From assembly GCF_009914755.1 (NCBI RefSeq), contig NC_060942.1: DNA of 64,000 nucleotides; one strand, written 5' to 3'. A model generated the notes under the pieces. That model saw only the letters and a list, made by a program, of their open reading frames with translations, was not told the origin of the DNA and did not search any database. Below, piece by piece: positions 53,711 to 64,000 of this stretch. Source of the DNA: the human T2T-CHM13v2.0 reference genome, Homo sapiens. The position numbers were made by a program, and so were the translations under genes. How positions within the stretch are numbered: position 1 is the first letter of the stretch; every line of letters begins with the position of its first letter.

Positions 53711-53836
53711 TTGTGTCCACAGTACTGGCCAGAAAACGGAGTACACAGACACGGCCCCATCCAGGTGGAATTTGTCTCTGCTGACCTGGAAGAGGACATC
53801 ATCAGCAGGATATTCCGCATTTACAATGCCGCCAGA
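53711..53836 (+). CDS. PTPRM: PTPRM coding exon, D2 ([10 protein letters not shown]...IFRIYNAAR)
   Basis: ttgaattcag acceptor, AGA|gtaaga donor; 126 nt; CxQYWP motif. Confidence 0.96.
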
Positions 53837-54019
53837 GTAAGAGACGGGCCTGTCATGCCTGTGATTATGGTTTCATTTATTTTCTCACTCACTGAATACT
53901 TGGAGCACTCACTCTATGTCAGTCACTGTTCCAGGAGTTTGGAGTATGTCAGTGAACCAAAAAAACATAGATTCCTGACCTTATGGAGCTTACATTCTAA
54001 TAGGAGCAGTATTTAGAAA

Positions 54020-54462
54020 GTAATGATACTTATTAAAGCACGGCAAGGCAGATTTTATTCAAGACCATCACGATAGGTGCAGGGACCCCTGTCACAGGAC
54101 CTTGCAGTGGGTGAGAGAGAGTGGGCTCAACTCCGAGTGTGGCATGGGCAGGCAGGAATTTATAGCCAGCAGGCAGGGTGGGGGTCAGTGGATGGAAAAT
54201 TACTAAGGGGAGGCATGAAGAGTAAGGGGGGTTCTGGCTAAACTGACTTAACAGGATTCTGGCTGAAGGCAGGCCAGGTGACCAGACATCCGAGGAACCT
54301 GATCAGATATCAAACATGGTCAGGTATTAAGGGTGGGTGGTTCTTGCCCACGGTGACTTAACAGAAATTGCTAAAACTGGATTTTACAAGGAAGTTCATG
54401 GATAGGCCTAGGAGAATATTCAGGAGCCTGACGAAAGTTTGGTCAAGCAAAGAATTATTGTC
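54020..54462 (-). mobile_element. ERV1-class solo LTR (MER31-like) inserted into L2
   Basis: tttattcaagaccatcacgatagg...gggctcaactccga...tggatggaaaattactaag. Confidence 0.65.
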
Positions 54463-54469
54463 AGAAATC

Positions 54470-55640
54470 AGACAATAAATAACAGATACAATAATAGATG
54501 TAGTAAGTTAGGAAGTGACAAATTCTACAGGAAAAGAAGTACTGGGGTTAGAAAGTGCTAGGGCCTTACAGTGGGGAGCAAGCTCTGTTGTAAGCATGTG
54601 TGCCCTGTGAGCCAAGACGGAGGAGTCCAGGGAGCACCGAGGCTCTCTGGGGAGGCAGCTTTCCAGGCAGAAGGAAGGGTCAGTGCAGAGGCCCCAAGGC
54701 AGGGCCTTGCATGTGAGTGCCAGGACAGCAAGGAGGCGGCATGGCCCAGGCTCAGTGAGCAGAGGCAAGAGTAGCTGATGGGGAGTGAGCAGTTCACCTG
54801 GAAGGACAGTGGCTTGGGGGCCCCGGCTGGAAGGGCCTGGCAGTCACTGTCAGCATTTGGACTTTTGCTTTGAAGGAAATAAGGAGCCATTACAGAGTTT
54901 TGAGTGCAAAAATCCAATGGTGTAATTTACATTTTAAAAGGAGCACTCTGGCACCTGTGTTGAGAATAGACTGGAGGAGAGAGGCATCAGGAGGCTGTTG
55001 GGATAATAATCCCCGTGAGAAATGACAGTGATAGGAGAGGAGATCATGGTGAGACGGGAGAGAGCAGGAGTGGAGGTCATGAGAAGGGGGAGGTTCTGAT
55101 ATTTTCTGAAGGAAGAGCCAGCACAATCCTGGGGAATGGAGTGGGCTCTCACGGTTCCTGTCCTGAGAGCTAGGATGATGGAATGGACACTGACTGAGTT
55201 GTTGTCCAGGCTGCCCGTGTAACCGGATTGTTTGTGGGTGGGGGGCATTGTGGAGAGAGGATCAGAAGCTCAATTGTAGACATACTAGGTTTGGGATGAC
55301 TTTTAGGCCCCTAAGTGGGAATATCAGGTGGGCCTTTGAAAATATAAGGGTGAAATTCAAGAGAGAGGGCTGAACCAGATATATGAGTTTATGACTTATT
55401 GGGATATTGGTAATATCTAAAGCCGTGAGCCTGAATGAAATCAAATGAGAGGCAGAGGAAGAGGAAGGGCCCCAGGGATTGAGCCTGGGGGCTTCTGTCA
55501 GCAAGAGGTCTGGGAGAAGGGGAGACTGAGGCAGAGAGAGAGGGAGGGACTGCTGTGGGAGAAGGACCAGCCAGTGAGGAAAGCGTGTTGACAAGAAGAG
55601 AGTGTCACCCATGTCAGATGCTGCTGAAGGCCACAGAAGA
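54470..55640. mobile_element. L2 fragment
   Basis: Degenerate L2 sequence (ttccaggcagaaggaa; ggagccattacagagttttgag; tgagaatagactggagg). Confidence 0.7.
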
Positions 55641-56221
55641 TACAGTCCAAGTGATTTAGCCGTGGCCAGATTAAAGCTGTTTTCATGTTTCTATCATAAG
55701 CTAAGTAACACTTTTTTGAATTCTGCAATTCTATTTCACTATGACTAAGGATTAATTAACTATTGCTATCTTAGCAAGATTCAACATCAATAAGCAAAAC
55801 CATATTATGCTCACAGGAAGCAGTGTTCTCTATCTTCACACTGAGCTCAGAGACATTTCCAGGTTATAAATTATTCATTACCTGTAATTTACCTGTAATT
55901 GAAGTTATTTTACCACTTAACATGACAATGTGGTCAGTGCTTATGCTGTGTTATTTTTCTCTTGGCTTTTGCAGAATGGGAAGCATTCTGCCTCACTGGC
56001 CTGTCATTTGTCTGGCCTGTCATTTAAAACCCCTGGTTGTTTTTAACTGCTCGAGATTAAAAACCATAACTCTTCAGGCCAGCAGAAGCCACGTTGGTAA
56101 TTTGTAGGCAGGACTCGCCTTTAATAATGGGAAGATCAAGTAAGTGGAATCAGCCCACTGGAATTCAGTAAATAATGCCTGTTTTCTTTCCACTCCCCGA
56201 TTGTTGCCTTGTTCTTCGTAG

Positions 56222-56385
56222 CCCCAAGATGGATATCGGATGGTGCAGCAATTCCAGTTCCTGGGCTGGCCGATGTACAGGGACACACCAGTGTCTAAGC
56301 GCTCCTTCTTGAAGCTCATTCGCCAGGTGGACAAGTGGCAAGAGGAGTACAATGGCGGGGAAGGCCGCACGGTTGTGCACTGCTT
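56222..56385 (+). CDS. PTPRM: PTPRM coding exon, D2 ([23 protein letters not shown]...GRTVVHC)
   Basis: ttcttcgtag acceptor, TT|gtaagt donor; 164 nt; translated by hand (absent from the ORF track on +). Confidence 0.96.
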
Positions 56386-56669
56386 GTAAGTGCTTGACAG
56401 AGCTCTTCATTTCAGAACAGCGAGGCCCCACACTCACTCTCACCTCCTAGTTCTCTGACTTTTGTTTCACTAGAAATGGAGAAGAAATAAGTAGGTCTAG
56501 GTGAAGGGGTGATCATGACACTCAGTGAGGGATTGGTTGGCTTTTCAGGAAACAGGATATGCACATTCTGCATTTGGATGGTGTGCCGCTGCCGCACAAG
56601 CAAGCACTGACCGTTTCATTAGGACCCCTGCCTCCGCCGCCCACTGCCAAGAGGAAAAAAAAAAAAACA

Positions 56670-56840
56670 CTGGCTCTTGAGAGCCAATTGTTAAGTTTTC
56701 AGGAATTTTCTGAGCTGGGTCTTCAACTGTTGGTAACTTGAATTCATCCATGGTAGAAGGATTTACATCATGGAAATCAACAAATGCTACAACTCAGGGC
56801 TCCTTCCCACCAGCCAAAGGCCAGTTTACCACCACATTAC
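56670..56840. mobile_element. MER63-like DNA transposon
   Basis: gagagccaattgttaagttttcaggaatttt...ggaaatcaacaaatgctaca. Confidence 0.6.
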
Positions 56841-57829
56841 TTGATTATTCAATTGGAAATCATGTCAGGTCTCAAAGGACCTGGAGTGTGTGTGTGTGCG
56901 TGTGTGCGTGTGTGTGCGCGCGCGTGCATGCTTTTTGGGAGAATGTGTATATTGGGAGCATTTGGTTACAGCCAGTGTCCCCAGAATGAGGCTTCCAGGC
57001 CAGCAGGTTTTGCAGGTGCTAAATATGGGCACCCCTGCTACACATAGCCCGCAGCCTTACCTGCACATTGAGAATTATTTGGGGAGCTTTACATGAAAAA
57101 AAAAAAAAGCCCACACCTAGGCCACACCCCAACCAATTAAATCAAAATCTCTGGGAGTGGGGCCCAGACATGGGTGTTTTTTTTAAATGCCTAGGTGATT
57201 TCAATGTGTTGAGATAATAAGGTTGAGAGCCACTGAATGGAGAATGCCATGTTTCTCAAAGCACTTTCACCTGCATTTTCTCATTGGCAGTGATATGTAG
57301 CTAATCAACCAGCTGCAATCGGCTTAATAGAACAGGCAATTAGAAAGTCACGGCAGATAAGGAAGATGTTTAGAGAATTTGGGGAAATTTAAAGGATAAG
57401 CGAATGTCACTTTTCAGTGAAGTATCATTAGAAGTACACAATGAGATCTCTCTTAAATTGAAGGCAAAATAAAGTTTCACTCCGGGTAGATCAAGCCTAG
57501 TTAAAGTTGCAGACCTGGCTCAGGGCGTGGGTTACTCTCCAGTCAGTGCCCTTGTCTGATGCAATGCCACCTCCTACCCCGGGCCTGCAAAGTCTCCCTG
57601 GAAGCCCAGGACTCTGCCTGCCTCTCAACGATCAAAACACGATAGTGTCTCATCCTGCAGGAAACTGATATTCCTTTGGAAGGAGCCTTAAGAACCTACC
57701 CACAGTTGTCTTCAACCAGAAGTTCCAATCTTTTGTCCTCTAAAAAGCAGTTTATTAACCTCACCTTTCTCTAGTTGCTGTCATCCCCCCTTTCTTCTCA
57801 TGGACCCAGTGCATTAAAAAATCTCTGTT

Positions 57830-58176
<347 letters not shown>

Positions 58177-59796
58177 CTATTTTTATTTCTCTTCAATCCA
58201 GATCCAACCTCTGATCAGAACAAGAGGCTCACGCTGAGATGATACAATCCCAGCAAAGAATATTAACATTGTAGTTCGTTTGTATTAGATATATCAGATT
58301 TTTCTAAAATACTAAAAATAGGTTGCAGTTACCCCTGCCTGCATCTGGAGACCCCCAGCGTCTGGAGCTAGATGTATAATGCATCGCTCCCCCCGGGATT
58401 AGCAGCTTTCTAAAAAGGGTCAGTGCTTTAACCCACAGGACTAAGTTACTAGTGACTCGAAGAAGTTGAGGCACCAGGACAGGCCTAACAAGAAGACATA
58501 AAGACTTCTTAAATCACTGCACCTTGTCAACAACACACTTCCCAGAGGCAGCTGTGACCACAGAACTAACCAGTGACATTGCTGTTCCATGTAAAACCTA
58601 AAGCAATCAGCCGTTCTTCACAGTGGACGGTGGGAGGCATCCGTTGTTTCTTCTCTCCTGCCTGTGCAGCATCTCTTCCCATTTTCCACTGAGAGAACCT
58701 TGATTATTCTTTGGAATACTCCCCCCTCCCTAAAGCCCCGCCTCTGTTCATGTGGGGCTGTCTCTTGCTCTCTTAGCATCAAGGTGGGCATGAGACCTAG
58801 GCCTGGTGAGAATGTTTATTTTTGTTTACATTTATATATCTAAATCTAAGGCTTTTTTTAGCTATAAGAAACAAAGTTAGTTTACATTGGCATCCCCCAG
58901 TACTGGCCAGGAAAGAATCAAACCACTCCAGTCTTCCTCTTGGAGGTAAGAGCATGGCATTCAGCATAGTGTAGCGCCACCTAACGGCTGTGGGTGGAGA
59001 GTTCCCGGCTGAGACAAGACCTGCCGGTGCTTTGAAGTGAATGGTTCCTTGAGCCACAGATATTCAAGGTAGGCAAATAGAGAGTGTTTTTCTTTATATG
59101 TGTCTCCCAGCTAATAAAGCTAGATTAAATGGATAGAATTAAGATTTCACCACTTTGCAACTCTTGATGAAAATAATAGATTAGACAGTGGTCTTCAACA
59201 GCTGCCGAAAGTATTAGGTGCAAAGCTGATAGGAAAAGCGGTGTAATGGTAAGGCAAGGATAGAAAACAGCTAATCTTCTAATTAGCAGAAGAGACAGTC
59301 CAGGGACAGATCCGTACCTCAGCGTCATCTGACTTACAACAAAGATGCCATTGCAACGCAGCACTGCAGTGGGTGGGGAAGACTGCCTGGACACGTTGGT
59401 CTCCCTCACTCCATGTACAGAATCCCTTCTAGATAGATGGTAGACCAAAAGGGGAAAGTAAAATAACAAAGCTTCTAGAAGAAAACATAGGAGAATATCT
59501 TCACGACCGCGGGTAGATTTGTTAAACAGGACACAGAACAATAGCCTTAAAAGAAATATTGACAACGTGGACTTTCATTAAAATTGAGCCCTTCTCTTCA
59601 TCAAAAGATGGCAATAAGAGGGTGAAGAAGCAAGGCAGTGGGAGGAGACTTTTATAATACATGTGTCTGACAAAGGACTCGGCCACAATGTCGAAGAACT
59701 GCTGTACTGCAAGCCAGTAGGAAAATGATAGACAACTCAATTTATTAAATGGGCAAAAAACTTGACAGGTACTTCACTGAAGACAAAAGATGTCCC

Positions 59797-60167
<371 letters not shown>

Positions 60168-61492
60168 TCATTTTTAGGCAAATCCACATTGAAACCAGGA
60201 TCACATGCCACTGTGTACTCACCAGAATGGCTGAAATTTTAAAGACAGACAAATAAATGATAATCCCAAGTGTTAGTGAAGCTGTGGAGTAACTGGAACT
60301 CTTATACACTGTAGGAAGGAAGTAAATACTGTACAACCATTTGGAAACTGACAGCATTTACCAAAGCTAAACATATACGCAGTCTGAGGCTGAGCTCTTC
60401 TGTTCTTAGAGAAATGACTGCAGAAATGAATCATCTACCAAAAGATAAGCTTATCACAGGTTTACTCATAATATTTAAAAACTGGAAACAGCCCAAACAT
60501 TCATCAGCTGTTGGATAAATTGTACAGTGGGTATTCATTCAGTGGAATTCTTCTTAGCAATATAAAACAATAAACTACCAATATAACACCGTGGGTGATT
60601 CTCACACAGACAACACAGAGTGAAATAAGCCAGTCTCAGAAGAAGACATAGTGTATGGTTCATTTACACAAAGCTGAAAAACAGGCAAAAACAATTGATG
60701 ATGCTAGGCTTAAGAATGGATTCTCTTTGGTGATACTGATGGTATTGTTGAGGAAGGAACGTGAGGGAGCCTCTTGGGGACTGAACGTGGTTTGTATCTT
60801 GATCTGAATGGTGGTTACATGGTGTATGCATTGGTAAAAATTGACTGAGCTGTCTACTTACGGTCTTTATTGTAGGTATATTATACTTTAGTTAAAAAAC
60901 TGATTCAGAATTTCATAATGGGCTGATCAAGCTGATATCCGAACACGATGATCTCTCTTAAAACCATAAAACAAGGGACAACCAGATATTTTTGGCTTGC
61001 TTCCTAATGAAAGTATACTTTAAGTATCCTTGTATAAATAAATCAATCTTGAATTCTTACCAAGCCCTGGAACTACCTACCGATTTACAGGAAATACAGA
61101 GTTAGAAAGCAGCATATTAAATAATATCACAGAGATGTGATGAATGAGAAAAATCTAGGATGTGGGACTCTCTACAGGACACAGATGAACTTGTTTCCTC
61201 AACAAATAAATTCTCAAGAAAAAAGAGAGAGCAAAGAGGAACTCACAGAGTAAAATAAATTTGCAAGACATACCAACCAAATCCAATCTGTGGACTTTGC
61301 CTAGATGTGGATTTTTTAAAAAGCATCTGTAAGAAACAATCTGAGAGTGGATTTTTTAAAAAAGCAGCTGTAAGAAACAATCTGGGAAACTGGAACACTG
61401 ACTAGAAATTTGATAATTTTAAAACAGTAATGTTATTATTTTAGGTATGATAGTTATACTGTGTACTGTGTTTAAAAATAAAAAGGTCCCAT

Positions 61493-61997
<505 letters not shown>

Positions 61998-62909
61998 TTA
62001 GCTGATAGAATAAAATTATTATGTATAAGCTCACACTGAAATAAACAAATCATAAAATAAATAAACAATAATAGGGAAGAAGAGACAGCTCTTTCTTAGT
62101 GTAGAATGTTGAAAGAGAGGGAAACAGGAAATCACCATTAGGCAAACACCACAGTGATAATTAATTGTTGCAGACAAGATCCACCAACGGATGCTCAAAT
62201 CAGTGGGCGAGAAACAAAATATTTGCGTAGTCCCAAAATATCTTCCTCCCAGATATTTATTGACTGCAAAGAGAAAGATGATAACTTTATGGTGAGAAAA
62301 TCTGGCAGACACCATCTTAACAAGTGAGCAAGTTAACATCACCAGTAATAAGACAGATGGACATCCTGAACCCCTGGGAGGAGGGAACATCCCCTCTCTG
62401 GTTTTCTTACCGAAATGCACGGCCTTGTTTCCAGTCATGAGAAGACATCAGACAAACCCAAATGAAGGGATGGTCTACATGTTATAGTTTGTGATGACTT
62501 CTCAGATTGCGGCTGGGGACGACAGCTACTTTCTACTTCTGTGTTCTACATTCTTTATATTCTACAAATCACTGATCAGTGCTCTTCAAAAGTGTCAAGG
62601 TCAGGAAATACAAGGAAAGACTGAAGGAAACTAAGGAGACAGGACAACTACATGCACGACTGGATCCTGGACCAGAAAAAGGACATTCGTGGAGGAACTA
62701 GTGAGATGTGACTACAGTCTGTGGTTTAGTTAATAGTATTGTCCCAGCATCACGTTCTTGGTTTGCATAATGCGCTGTGGGCAAGTAAGGTGTTCATATC
62801 AGGGAAGTTGGATATGCATTCTCTATGCTATTTTTACATTTCTGCACATCTAACATGGGTTCATAGTAAAAAGTTTTCTTTAAAAAGAGCCTCTATGTTT
62901 TATAGATAA

Positions 62910-63240
<331 letters not shown>

Positions 63241-63625
63241 TGCTAATGGATGTTTTTAAAGGCCAGATACGTCTTTGAACGTAACCCGTACTTGTCACAG
63301 CAATTTTCCTGGCAGAACCTAAATAAGGTTCATTGAAAATTTTCTACCATGGGCCCTTATCGATGAATTGCTGTATCAGAGAATGTGACCAGGGCTGAGG
63401 TGAGCTGGGAAAGGCTCTGCAGTCAGGTGACCTGTGGCCAAACACTGCGGATGGCTTGCTCTGTTTGCTTTAATTAAAAGAATCTGCCCAGGTAAGAGGT
63501 CCCCCGGCCTCAGAGCCCTTTGTTGTTACTGTTCCCCAGGGTTTAGACAGCTTGTTTCCACAGGTGTTTGCAAGATGCAGTGTAAAGACAGACCGAGTGC
63601 AGTCATCTGATCTTTTTCACGACAG

Positions 63626-63761
63626 GAACGGGGGAGGCCGCAGTGGGACGTTCTGCGCCATCAGCATCGTATGTGAGATGCTCCGGCACCAGAGAACCGT
63701 GGATGTCTTTCACGCTGTGAAGACACTGAGGAACAACAAGCCCAACATGGTCGACCTCCTG
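63626..63761 (+). CDS. PTPRM: PTPRM coding exon, D2 P-loop ((L)[15 protein letters not shown]...KPNMVDLL); the final coding exon lies beyond the window
   Basis: tttttcacgacag acceptor, CTG|gtagga donor; 136 nt, phase 2 to 0. Confidence 0.96.
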
Positions 63762-64000
63762 GTAGGACACCCCCTCTGAGCTGTTCCATGAGACACCCCA
63801 TTAGCATTAGAATCCACTCCAGCTCCCAGATTTGCAGGGAAACTGATGCGTAGAGGAAGAGACTCATTTTCAAAATCACAATGTAATCACTTTGCTTGTA
63901 GGGCTTTTTTCTTCTTTCTTGTTCTCCCTCTTCCTCTCTTTGTTCTTCACACGGAGACTTTGTCTCCAGCTCATTCGAAATGCGGAAATAGCTGAAACTC

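Noticed and set aside
63520-63563. Alternative acceptors upstream of exon 63626
   Set aside because: Both candidate AGs (63539, 63563) are out of frame and have no supporting evidence

Overview
Mammalian (human, judged from an AluYb8 insertion) genomic DNA, all of it inside a gene. It covers the 3' part of the receptor tyrosine phosphatase gene PTPRM (RPTP-mu) on the + strand. Ten GT-AG coding exons (12556-63761) splice in frame. They encode most of the catalytic D1 domain ([21 protein letters not shown]) and nearly all of the D2 pseudophosphatase domain (WPMYR, HCLNGGGRSG). The rest is intron with Alu, L1, L2, MIR, LTR and DNA-transposon relics, plus an intragenic CpG island (~36.0-36.9 kb) that probably drives an antisense lncRNA. 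The most unusual signal is a perfect 72-bp inverted repeat that I do not recognise as any repeat family (36909-36980 / 39372-39443), lying between the CpG island and a D1 exon. A degenerate third partner at 8557-8608 suggests competing long-range pre-mRNA pairing or a recent templated duplication. A young AluYb8 also creates an inverted Alu pair around the same in-frame 117-nt exon. Repeat boundaries and subfamily names were assigned by eye and are approximate.
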